From an uncultured Acidobacteriota bacterium (lineage in GTDB: Bacteria; Acidobacteriota; Thermoanaerobaculia; Gp7-AA8): DNA of 64,000 nt. The notes beneath the pieces were generated by a model. The model worked only from the letters and a program-made list of their open reading frames with translations. It made no database searches and was not told the DNA's origin. Below, one piece after another: positions 21,329 to 30,256 of the stretch. The stretch lies in NCBI GenBank assembly GCA_963822445.1, contig CAWGHO010000001.1, positions 384,001-448,000 on the forward strand. The letters run 5' to 3'. The translations under genes and the position numbers were made by a program. Each line of letters begins with the position of its first letter. The first letter of the stretch is position 1.

Positions 21329-21953
21329 GCTCGCGGCGCGGCTGCGCAGCGAGTGGCGGTACAAGCTTCTGCTCTCGATCGCGTTGCCGCTGTATTTCTG
21401 CGCGCTGTACTTCGCGCTGCAGCGGGTCGTGATCTTCACGCCGCGCGTGCTGTCGCTGACGGCGCTCGATCGCGCGGTGCCGTTCGACATCCGCTGGACG
21501 GCGGTTTATCAGTCGCTCTACCTCTTTCTGCCGATGCCCTGGCTCGCGGCGCGGCGCGAAGAGCTCCATCGCTACACGCGAGGCTTCTTCGCCTTCACCC
21601 TGATCAGCTTCGCCGCTTTCTACCTGGTGCCTGTCGCCGGCCCACGTCCGGTGAGCAGCGACAGCAACGTGCTCTATCAGTTGCTGATCACCTACGACCG
21701 CAATCTCAACGCCTTCCCCTCCCTCCACGCCGCGCTGGCCGTCTACACCCTCTTCCTCGGTGCACGGCTGCTGTCCCGTGCGCGAACGATGATCCTCGCC
21801 GCGGGCGGCGTCTGGTGCATGCTGATCCTCTATGCGACGCTCGCCACCAAACAGCACTACGCCGTTGACGTCGCGGCCGGAATCGCGCTCGCCGTCGCCG
21901 CCGACGCATTCGCCTGGGGATACACTCCGCTCACACAAGCAGAGGAGGTTTGA
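21318..21953 (+). CDS. PAP2 superfamily phosphatase/phosphotransferase (AUR1/IPC-synthase-like)
   Basis: Six TMs; NAFPSLH and KQHYAVD catalytic motifs. Confidence 0.8.
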   Translation: MRSELAARLRSEWRYKLLLSIALPLYFCALYFALQRVVIFTPRVLSLTALDRAVPFDIRWTAVYQSLYLFLPMPWLAARREELHRYTRGFFAFTLISFAAFYLVPVAGPRPVSSDSNVLYQLLITYDRNLNAFPSLHAALAVYTLFLGARLLSRARTMILAAGGVWCMLILYATLATKQHYAVDVAAGIALAVAADAFAWGYTPLTQAEEV

Positions 21954-21954
21954 G

Positions 21955-22581
21955 ATGAGACAGATCCACGGATCCCGGATCGCGCTCGTTCTCCTGGTTC
22001 TTTTCGCGTTCCCGCTGATGGCCAGTGAAGAGGCGGATCACGAGGCGCTGCGGCAACTGCGCGCTCTGTACGAGAAGGCCGTCAACGAGGACCAGCTCGA
22101 CCTCCTCCGCCCGCACGTGGCCACGCCGCTGTATGGCGTGATGATCACCAGCAAGCGCGTATCGAGCGTCGACGACATGAAGCAGTACTGGGCGGCGATG
22201 AAGAAGCTGATGGGTCCGGGCAGTACGTATCAGGTCAAGGTCGAGCCCGAGCGGAGCGTGTTCATGGGCGACTTCGCGCTTGCCCGCGGCACGACCTCCG
22301 ATGTCGTCACCACCGGCAACGGCAAGACCTATCGCTTCGGCACGAACTGGACCGCCGTCCTCCGCCGTGACAACGGCGTCTGGAAGCTCGTGCAGGTGCA
22401 GGGCTCGATGGATCCGGTGAACAACGAGTTCGTGCGCACGTTCATGCGCGACGCAATCGTGAAATCGGCCGCCGCGGCGGGCATCGTCGGCCTGCTCATC
22501 GGTGTCTTCGCCGGATACCTCTTCGCAAGAAGGGGAGCGGGCGTCCCGCCCGCGTCGGTCGGGCGTCCCGCCCGATCGTAG
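21955..22581 (+). CDS. Exported NTF2/SnoaL-like protein with C-terminal TM anchor
   Basis: GAGG SD, signal peptide, NTF2 signature WTAVLRRDNGVWKLVQ, C-terminal hydrophobic helix. Confidence 0.7.
   Translation: MRQIHGSRIALVLLVLFAFPLMASEEADHEALRQLRALYEKAVNEDQLDLLRPHVATPLYGVMITSKRVSSVDDMKQYWAAMKKLMGPGSTYQVKVEPERSVFMGDFALARGTTSDVVTTGNGKTYRFGTNWTAVLRRDNGVWKLVQVQGSMDPVNNEFVRTFMRDAIVKSAAAAGIVGLLIGVFAGYLFARRGAGVPPASVGRPARS
22537..22575. repeat. Two REP-like short palindromes CGGGCGTCCCGCCCG
   Basis: GCGGGCGTCCCGCCCGC and TCGGGCGTCCCGCCCGA at a convergent gene junction. Confidence 0.55.
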
Positions 22582-22593
22582 AAGCGCACAACC

Positions 22594-23619
22594 TCAGAAC
22601 CGCAGCGTAACCACCGACGTCGACTCCTCCGTGGCCCGCGACGCCACGGCATCGCGCCACAGGCGAAGAATGCGGGGGCCGAGGAGGTCCGTTTCGGCGA
22701 AGGTGTAGCGGGGGGCGTCGAACCTTCGCAGATTCGCGGAATGCTCGGCGAGGATCTCCACGTCCTGGCGCAGGATGCGGCGCGACAGCGGCTCGAAGTA
22801 GAGCCTCACCAACGGCGCGATGGAGCCGTAGCGAAACGTGACCACCGTGTACACATCGGTCTCGTGCGCGGAGACCGGCGTGCACTGCGAGGTGATGATG
22901 AAGTGCCGCTCGCTGCTGAACGAATAATCGACGCGGCTGGTGGTGGGCATCACGAAGCGATCCGTGTGGGTGAGCTTTCCCGCCCTGGGAAAAAGCAGGC
23001 GCGCGACGACACTTCGCCGTTCCGGCTCTTCATCAAACTCCGCGACCGCGCCGTCGCGCTCCGTTCTCACCGTTGCCGTGGCCACGCGTGTCGCGCGCGT
23101 GCGGAAGAGTCCTCCGTGAACGTAGACCGTGTGCGGGACGTCGAGAAAATTCTCGAGACAGGCAAACGCGCTGGCCTCGAAGCGCGTGGTCATGCGGAAC
23201 GTCGTCCATCGGGGTTCATCGACGTTGGGAAAAACGAAAGGCTGCACCGCCGGCTCCCCTTCGCCCATGTAAATCCAGATGAAGCCTTGTTGTTCGCGAG
23301 CAGGAAACGACGGCACTTTCGCCTGAGGTAGGTCCTCACGCACGAGCGAAGGTGCCGCGGTGCACGTGCCGCGGCCGTCGAAGGTCCAGCCGTGGTACGG
23401 GCACTCGATGCCGTTCGCGGTCGTGCGGCCGGCGGAGAGGCGCATGTTGCGGTGCGCACAGCGATCGAGCAGCGCGGACGCAACGCCGTTTCCGTCGCGG
23501 AACAACACGATGGGCTGGCCGAGGATCGTGCGGCGGATGGGTTTGTGGCGAAGGGTTTGCGCGGTTGCCGCGATGTACCAATACCGAGTCAGACTGAGTG
23601 CCAGCTCCGATTCGGTCAT
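22594..23619 (-). CDS. Rieske non-heme iron oxygenase (VanA-like)
   Basis: CAHR...CPYHGW Rieske ligands; ENFLDVPHTVYVH mononuclear iron motif. Confidence 0.9.
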   Translation of the reverse strand: MTESELALSLTRYWYIAATAQTLRHKPIRRTILGQPIVLFRDGNGVASALLDRCAHRNMRLSAGRTTANGIECPYHGWTFDGRGTCTAAPSLVREDLPQAKVPSFPAREQQGFIWIYMGEGEPAVQPFVFPNVDEPRWTTFRMTTRFEASAFACLENFLDVPHTVYVHGGLFRTRATRVATATVRTERDGAVAEFDEEPERRSVVARLLFPRAGKLTHTDRFVMPTTSRVDYSFSSERHFIITSQCTPVSAHETDVYTVVTFRYGSIAPLVRLYFEPLSRRILRQDVEILAEHSANLRRFDAPRYTFAETDLLGPRILRLWRDAVASRATEESTSVVTLRF

Positions 23620-23626
23620 CGACGTT

Positions 23627-23636
23627 ACTGTACGAT
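23627..23636. promoter_or_regulatory. Overlapping divergent -10 hexamers inside the biosynthetic cluster
   Basis: TACAGT on minus and TACGAT on plus share one TA; each lies 7 nt from an ATG (23619, 23644). Confidence 0.55.
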
Positions 23637-23643
23637 ACCGGAC

Positions 23644-24249
23644 ATGCTCCCCGTGCGGCCGTTCCTTGCCGCGGCGTCAGGTCTGGCGCTGACGGCAGCG
23701 ATCTTCTTCTGGCGGCAGAATTTCGGAGGGCAGATCGGCGGGGAGATGTCCCTCGCCAAGATCCTCTGGCTCCACTACACCATCCTGGCCTGGTTCGTCC
23801 TGCCGGCGTTTCTGTGCCGTTCGCCGCTGCTGCCGCGCCCCTGGCGGCGCGTCTTCGCGGCCCATCTGATCAACTTCAGCGCGCGCGCGGTGATCGAGCT
23901 GTTCCTGCTGTACGTGACGGTCAGCTGGAGCCCGCTCTACGGCATCGTCCACGACCTTTTCTCGATCGCCCTCATCGCCGTGCTCGCGCGCGACGCGGCG
24001 GTTACCAGCGAACATGCTGTATTGGCGCGGCGGTTCTCGTGGACGCTGCGCGTGACGCTGGTCTGCGAGATCGTTTTCGCGGCGATGTTCTTCGTCGCCC
24101 AGGCCGGACAACGCGATCTCTACTTCGCCAGCGACGATCCCCGATTCCGCCTGATCAACGCGCTGACGACCATCGTCGACCTCGCCGTTTACACAGATCT
24201 GTTCCTGCTGCTGCGCCGCGCCCTGATCCGGGAGCCCCAGCGTGTCTGA
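23644..24249 (+). CDS. Integral membrane protein of unknown function
   Basis: About six hydrophobic helices; overlaps the next gene. Confidence 0.7.
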   Translation: MLPVRPFLAAASGLALTAAIFFWRQNFGGQIGGEMSLAKILWLHYTILAWFVLPAFLCRSPLLPRPWRRVFAAHLINFSARAVIELFLLYVTVSWSPLYGIVHDLFSIALIAVLARDAAVTSEHAVLARRFSWTLRVTLVCEIVFAAMFFVAQAGQRDLYFASDDPRFRLINALTTIVDLAVYTDLFLLLRRALIREPQRV

Positions 24250-24982
24250 GGAAACGCTCACCAGCGCGGTGATCCCTGCATCGCGCGTCGATCGGGATGC
24301 CCTCTTCACGATCTTCGAGGCGAATTACGACCGCGCCGATCGCGCGCGATTCGAAGAGGACCTCGACGGCAAGGACGCGGTGATCGTGCTGCGGCGCTCC
24401 GATGGCTCGATCGCCGGATTCTCGACGCAGGCCGTCTTCGAAGTCCTGCACGAGAACCGCCGCGTACGCGTGCTCTTCTCCGGCGACACGATCATCGATC
24501 CGCGCAACTGGGGCACGCAGGAGCTCGTGCGGGCGTGGTGCCGTTTCGCCGGAACGGTCAAAGGCGAAACACCCGATCTGCCGCTGTACTGGCTGCTCAT
24601 TTCGAAGGGCCACCGGACGTACCTGTATCTCCCCTTCTTTTTCCACCGCTTCTTCCCTTCGTGCGAGCACGTGCCGCCGGCCTTCGAGCAGTCACTCATG
24701 CACCGGCTCGGAACGAAGCGCTTCGCCGATCGTTATGACGCGCGGACCGGCTTGATCGATGCCGATGCACCGCTCGATCGCCTCCGTCCGGAGATCGACT
24801 CCGCGCCGCAGCGCGCGCACAACCGCCACGTCGCGTTTTTTCTCGAGCGCAACCCGCGCTACGCGGACGGCGTGGAGCTGCTGTGCCTCACGGAGATCGA
24901 TCCGTCGAACATGCGCTCGTTCGCCCGGCGTGAAGCGGAGCGCGGGATGGCCGAGGTCGTGGAGCTGGCGGGGGTGCGGTGA
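24242..24982 (+). CDS. GNAT-like protein associated with the GH3 gene
   Basis: IAGFST, FSGDTIIDPRNWG acyl-CoA-binding-like strand-loop, WLLISKGHRTY. Confidence 0.55.
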   Translation: MSEETLTSAVIPASRVDRDALFTIFEANYDRADRARFEEDLDGKDAVIVLRRSDGSIAGFSTQAVFEVLHENRRVRVLFSGDTIIDPRNWGTQELVRAWCRFAGTVKGETPDLPLYWLLISKGHRTYLYLPFFFHRFFPSCEHVPPAFEQSLMHRLGTKRFADRYDARTGLIDADAPLDRLRPEIDSAPQRAHNRHVAFFLERNPRYADGVELLCLTEIDPSNMRSFARREAERGMAEVVELAGVR

Positions 24983-26454
24983 GAACGGCCGTTGAGCGAT
25001 GGCTCGCGACCGGCGAGCAGGGCGCGGCGCGTTTCTCCGCTGCGGTTCACCATCCGCGCGTTGCGCAGGAGCAGATTCTGCTCGAGACGCTACGCGCGAA
25101 TGCGAACAGCGAATACGGTCGGCGGTTTGGATTTGGCGCGATTCGCTCTGTCGCCGAGTACCAGCGCCACGTTCCGATCGTCACGTACGACGACATCGAA
25201 GACGACGTGATGCGGAACGTGCTCACCAGTGAGCCCGCGGTCATGTTCGAGAAGACTTCCGGCTCGACATCGGCGGCGAAGTACATCCCCTTCACCGAGT
25301 CGCTGCGAAGACAGTTTCTGAACGGCGTGTCGGCGTGGATGCGCGATTTGTACGGCGCGCACCCGGAATTGAAGCAGGGCCGCGCCTACTGGTCACTCTC
25401 CCCGCTCGCCGCCGATCGCGAGATGACCAGCGGCGGATTGAAGGTTGGATTCGAAGACGATCGCGACTACTTCGCTGGCGAGGCCCGGGAGGCACTGGGT
25501 GAGATCCTCGTCCGGCCGCGGCTCCGTGATCAGTACGGAACCCTGCGAGCGCTTGCCGGGGAAGAGTCGCTCGCGTTCATCTCCATCTGGAATCCGACAT
25601 TCCTCACGGCGATGCTGGCGCGGCTCGAGGAGTGGAGCGAGCGGATCGTCGCGGAGACCGCGAACCCCCGTCTGCATCGACTGCTCGCTCGCGACGGACG
25701 GCTCATTCCGCACCACGTCTGGCCCAATCTGCGGGTGATCAGCTGTTGGACCCACGCCGCCGCCGCACTCGCCGTTCCAAGGCTCGCGGCGATCTTTCCA
25801 AACGTCGAGCTGCAGCCGAAAGGGTTGCTTGCAACGGAAGGTGTCGTCTCGATTCCCATCACCGCCGCCGGCGGCGCGGTACTGGCGATCACCTCTCATT
25901 TCCTCGAGTTCCTCGACGAGCGCGGCGACACCCATCTCGCCGATGAGTTGCGCGAGGGCCACGAATACCGCGTCCTCCTCACAACCGCCGGCGGCCTGTA
26001 TCGCTACGACCTCGGCGACATCATCTGCGTAACCGGCCTCTTCGCATCGACGCCGATCGTCGAGTTCGTCGGCCGCGCGGGCGACGTGAGCGATCTCTGC
26101 GGCGAGAAACTGTCGGAAGCGTTCGTCGGTGCCGCGCTGGCACGGGAGCGGATCGATGCGGCATTGCTCTTCCTCGCGCCCCGCGAGGGCAATCCGCCGC
26201 GCTACGCGCTGTTCGCCGAGACCAATGCGCCGATCGACGCGGACCGGATCGACACGGCGTTGCGCGCGAACCCGCACTATCGCTTCTGCCGCGATGCGGG
26301 ACAGCTCGCGCCCATCGAAGTCGTCCGGCTGCGGCAAGGTGCGGCGGAAACGTATCTGCGCCTCCGCGCGGGAAGCGGCAGAACAGGCGACGTGAAACCG
26401 CGCTCGCTCGAACGGAACGCCGACTGGCTGACGGCGCTGGAGGCCGCGTCGTGA
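24979..26454 (+). CDS. GH3 family acyl-adenylate/amide synthetase
   Basis: TSGST, LLATEG, GGLYRYDLGD, FVGR, GEKLSE motifs. Confidence 0.88.
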   Translation: MRTAVERWLATGEQGAARFSAAVHHPRVAQEQILLETLRANANSEYGRRFGFGAIRSVAEYQRHVPIVTYDDIEDDVMRNVLTSEPAVMFEKTSGSTSAAKYIPFTESLRRQFLNGVSAWMRDLYGAHPELKQGRAYWSLSPLAADREMTSGGLKVGFEDDRDYFAGEAREALGEILVRPRLRDQYGTLRALAGEESLAFISIWNPTFLTAMLARLEEWSERIVAETANPRLHRLLARDGRLIPHHVWPNLRVISCWTHAAAALAVPRLAAIFPNVELQPKGLLATEGVVSIPITAAGGAVLAITSHFLEFLDERGDTHLADELREGHEYRVLLTTAGGLYRYDLGDIICVTGLFASTPIVEFVGRAGDVSDLCGEKLSEAFVGAALARERIDAALLFLAPREGNPPRYALFAETNAPIDADRIDTALRANPHYRFCRDAGQLAPIEVVRLRQGAAETYLRLRAGSGRTGDVKPRSLERNADWLTALEAAS

Positions 26455-27530
26455 CGCGTTACGTCGTCGAGCTCGCGCGAAACGAGGACGACGCCGCCCT
26501 GCGCGGCCTGCTCGCGCGCAACTCGATGGCCGGACCGATCGAGCTGGCCTTTCTGCGCGAGCCCGGATACTTCCTCGCGTCCCCCGTTCAGGCCCCGCGA
26601 CACCAGATCATCGTCGCGCGCGACGGCAAGGAAGTCGTCGGCGCTGCATTCCGCGGCATCCGCAAGACCTGGCTCAATGGCCAGGTTCGCGACGCCGGCT
26701 ACCTCGGCGATCTCCGCCTCGACGTAGCCCACCGCGGCGGCTCGCTGGTCGCCCGCGGCTATCGCTTTCTGCGCGAGTTGCACGCTGACCGCGGCGCGTC
26801 GCTGTACCTGACTCTCATCGCCGGCGCGAATGAAATCGCGCTGAAGACGATCGCCGCAGGCCGCGCCGGCCTGCCGTCGTACAAGCCACTGGGCCGGATC
26901 TTCACCCCAGCGGTGCGGCTGAGTGGATGGTCGAAGAAACCGGCGCGAATCAAGATCGTGCGCGGCAGTGAAGTCAGCCGAGGCGAGCTCGCGGCGTGCC
27001 TTCAACGGAATCTCGCCCGCCGCCAGTTCGCGCCGTTCCTCGATCTCGAGACGCGCTTTCCCGGTCTGACCCTCGACGATTTCGCGGTCGCCGTGCGCGA
27101 TGGGAAAGTGATCGGCGCGGTCGCGGCGTGGGATCAGAACGCATTCCGGCAGACGCGTGTCGTTCGCTACCGCGGAACGGTGCGGGCGGGACGGCCGCTG
27201 TACAACCTCGTGGCGCCGCTGCTCGGCACGCCGCGCTATCCGAAGCCGGGCGAAACGCTGCGATTCTTCTACGCGTCCTTCGTCGCCATCGATGACGACG
27301 ATCCGGAAGTCTTTCGCGCTTTGCTGGCGCGTCTCGCAGCCGACCGCGCCGGGCGTTACCACTATTTCGTGGTCGGACTGCACGAGCGCGATCCGCTGCT
27401 GCCGGTCGTGAATCAGTTGCCGAGAACGCCATTCACCGCGCATGCGTTCGCCGTCCATTTCGAGGACGGCCTGGAGGATTTCGAATCGCTCGACGGACGC
27501 GTGCCGTACGTCGAGCCGGCCATGCTATGA
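26451..27530 (+). CDS. GNAT-fold protein (tandem GNAT-like)
   Basis: FLREPGYF, GYLGDLRLDVAHRGG motif A; GTGA coupling. Confidence 0.65.
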   Translation: MTRYVVELARNEDDAALRGLLARNSMAGPIELAFLREPGYFLASPVQAPRHQIIVARDGKEVVGAAFRGIRKTWLNGQVRDAGYLGDLRLDVAHRGGSLVARGYRFLRELHADRGASLYLTLIAGANEIALKTIAAGRAGLPSYKPLGRIFTPAVRLSGWSKKPARIKIVRGSEVSRGELAACLQRNLARRQFAPFLDLETRFPGLTLDDFAVAVRDGKVIGAVAAWDQNAFRQTRVVRYRGTVRAGRPLYNLVAPLLGTPRYPKPGETLRFFYASFVAIDDDDPEVFRALLARLAADRAGRYHYFVVGLHERDPLLPVVNQLPRTPFTAHAFAVHFEDGLEDFESLDGRVPYVEPAML

Positions 27531-30256
27531 GCACGCTCACCGCCGACACACCGCTTTCCACACCGCAGGTAACCGCGGCCGCGAGACGTCTCGACGCGCG
27601 GATTCCGTTCGCGATCCTGCTGACGCTCTACGCCGTCGCGGGCGTGACCGTTCTGCGCTTCAACCGCACGCCGCTGCAAATGCTCATCACCGTCTCCGCG
27701 ACCTGTGCACTGGACATGTTCTTCGCGCGCGTCATCCGCCGCGAGAAGCTCGTCCCGCTCAGCGCCTACATCAGCGGCCTCTCGCTCGCGCTGCTCCTCA
27801 ACTACGCGCACGACAGCTGGATTCTGCTTCTTCCGGTCTTCCTGACCATCGCCTCCAAGTACGTCCTCACGTTCGAAGGGCGCCATGTCTTCAACCCGTC
27901 GATGTTCGGAGTCGCGGTCTCGCTGCTGATCGGCGGAGACCTCATCACCACCGCGCCCGCGTATCAGTGGGGCGGCGGCGCGGCCGGCACGTGGGCGATG
28001 TCCGCATTCCTGGCCGCCGCCGCGCTCTCGCTTTTCGTCTTCCGCGTCGGACGCGCGCCGCTGATCGTCTCCTTCCTCGGCTTCTACGCCATCCAGATTC
28101 TGCTGCGCGCCTACTGGATGCGCTGGTACCTGCCGCCGGAGTCGCTGATCCTCGGCACGCTCACCAGCGCACCGTTCTTCCTCTTCGTCTTCTACATGAT
28201 CACCGACCCCAAGACTTCGCCGGCCAGGCCGCGCGATCAGGTCCTGCTCGCGTTCGGGCTCACCGTCGTCGATCTTCTGTTTCACACGCGCGGCAGCCTC
28301 TACACCTTCTTCTACGCCGCGCTGGTCGTCGCATCCGCGCGTTTCGTCTTCCTTCACCTCCGCCGCAGACGATTCGCATTCAACGCCCGCGCATGGACCG
28401 TCGTCGCCGCAACCGGCGCGGTGATGATCGCGACGTACGCGATAACCGTGCAGCCCTTCGCCGCACCGCCGCCGCTCACATTCGACTTGGTGAAGCTCGA
28501 TCCACTGCAGACCGGCGTGGCGCCGAAACTCGACGGCTCGATCATCAACGAGGCCGATCCGCGCGTGCGTCACATCGCCAAGTGGCTCCTCTCCGCGGGT
28601 GACGCGGCAGCCGCGGCGGACTTCGACAACGACGGCCGGCTGGACCTCTTTCTCTGCGGTCCCTTCAAGACCGTCGACGACCGGGCTATCCTCTATCGCG
28701 GCACCGGGGCGATGACGTTCGAGCGCGTCCGCGTACCGGCGCTCGAGAAAATCGTCGCCGACCCGCGCCGCTTCGGCATCATCTCCAGCGGCTCGTTCGT
28801 CGATCTCGACAACGACGGCGATCGCGACCTCTTCCTCACCGTCGGTTACGGCCGCAGCATCCTTCTGCGCAACGACCTTACCGAGCGCGGCGTGGCGGAG
28901 TTCGCCGAGGTTGCGGATGCGGGGACGGGCGATTACTCGATCAGCATCGCCGCGAACTTCCTCGACTTCGACAACGACGGAAAGCTCGACGTCTTCGTCG
29001 CCAACGCTCTCGATCCGATGCTCCGCAAATACGACCCGCCGCGGCCGCTGAGCATCTTCGCGCTCGAGCAACCGGAGCATCCCGGCGACCGCCGCATGCT
29101 GCCGTTCATGCACAGCAGCTGGGACAACGCGCGAAACGGCGGCCCTAACGTCCTCTACCGCAACCAGGGCGCCAACCGCTTCACGCGCGTCGATCCGGGC
29201 ATGCCCGAAACGCACTGGAGCCTGTCGGTGGCGACGGCGGACTTCAACGGCGACGCGCGCACCGATCTCTACGTCGCCAACGACTTCGGTCCCGACGACT
29301 TCTATCTGAATGAAGGGAAGGGGCGCTTTCGCAAGATCGAAGGGCGCATCGCCGGCGAGATCAGTCACGACACGTACAAAGGCATGAACGCGTCGCAGGG
29401 CGACGTCGACCGCAATGGCCATCCCGACGTGTATGTGTCGAATGTGCACATGCCGCTGCAGGCCGAAGGAAGCCTGCTGTGGATGACCTACCCGGGGCGC
29501 GATGGCGTGCCGGAGCTGCGCGACGAGGCCAATCAACGCGGCGCGCTCAACGAGCATCGCTTCGGCTGGGGCGGGGCGATGGGCGATCTCGACAACGACG
29601 GCTGGCTCGACATCGTCCAGGCCAACGGCATGATCGACGACGCGTTCGACAGGAAATTCGAGCAGTGCCGGGATTACTGGTACGTCAACGAGAAGCTGAT
29701 GCGCTCCGGCCCGGAGATTCACACCTACGCGGACAAGTGGGGCGATCTGCGCGGCTACTGCATCAACGGGCGCGAGTCGAATCGCGTGTACCTCAGCCGT
29801 GGCGATCGCGAGCGGCTGCAGTTCGCCGACGTCGCCCCGCGCCTCGGCTGGAAGGACGAGCCTCCATCGCGCGGCGTCCTCCTCGCCGACTTCGACGACG
29901 ACGGCGATCTCGACCTGGGCATGACCCACATCACCGCGCCGATCACGCTGTACCGCAACACGCGCAATGAGCGGGGCGGGCGGTGGATCGGCTTCGACGT
30001 CCGCGGAAACGGAACGACGTGCAATCGCGACGCGGCCGGCACGCGAGTAACCATCTCCTATCCGGAAAACGGACGTACCGTGACCCAGATGCGCGAGATC
30101 TCGATCGTCAACGCGTTCGCCGCCCAGGGCGATCGCCGCGCGCTCTTCGGCCTCGGCGACTACAAAGGCGACGTCGACGTGACCATCTCCTGGTGCGGCC
30201 GCAGCGAGACCCGGATGCGCGTCAACACGAATCGCTATCACGTGATCCAACAATGA
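27527..30256 (+). CDS. Fusion: RnfD/NqrB-like (UnbU-like) membrane domain + FG-GAP propeller + ASPIC/UnbV domain
   Basis: Multi-TM N-terminus with FNPSMFG and YMITDPKTSP; about seven DxDxDGxxD repeats; C-terminal RDAAGTRVTI...ALFGLG. Confidence 0.8.
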   Translation: MSTLTADTPLSTPQVTAAARRLDARIPFAILLTLYAVAGVTVLRFNRTPLQMLITVSATCALDMFFARVIRREKLVPLSAYISGLSLALLLNYAHDSWILLLPVFLTIASKYVLTFEGRHVFNPSMFGVAVSLLIGGDLITTAPAYQWGGGAAGTWAMSAFLAAAALSLFVFRVGRAPLIVSFLGFYAIQILLRAYWMRWYLPPESLILGTLTSAPFFLFVFYMITDPKTSPARPRDQVLLAFGLTVVDLLFHTRGSLYTFFYAALVVASARFVFLHLRRRRFAFNARAWTVVAATGAVMIATYAITVQPFAAPPPLTFDLVKLDPLQTGVAPKLDGSIINEADPRVRHIAKWLLSAGDAAAAADFDNDGRLDLFLCGPFKTVDDRAILYRGTGAMTFERVRVPALEKIVADPRRFGIISSGSFVDLDNDGDRDLFLTVGYGRSILLRNDLTERGVAEFAEVADAGTGDYSISIAANFLDFDNDGKLDVFVANALDPMLRKYDPPRPLSIFALEQPEHPGDRRMLPFMHSSWDNARNGGPNVLYRNQGANRFTRVDPGMPETHWSLSVATADFNGDARTDLYVANDFGPDDFYLNEGKGRFRKIEGRIAGEISHDTYKGMNASQGDVDRNGHPDVYVSNVHMPLQAEGSLLWMTYPGRDGVPELRDEANQRGALNEHRFGWGGAMGDLDNDGWLDIVQANGMIDDAFDRKFEQCRDYWYVNEKLMRSGPEIHTYADKWGDLRGYCINGRESNRVYLSRGDRERLQFADVAPRLGWKDEPPSRGVLLADFDDDGDLDLGMTHITAPITLYRNTRNERGGRWIGFDVRGNGTTCNRDAAGTRVTISYPENGRTVTQMREISIVNAFAAQGDRRALFGLGDYKGDVDVTISWCGRSETRMRVNTNRYHVIQQ

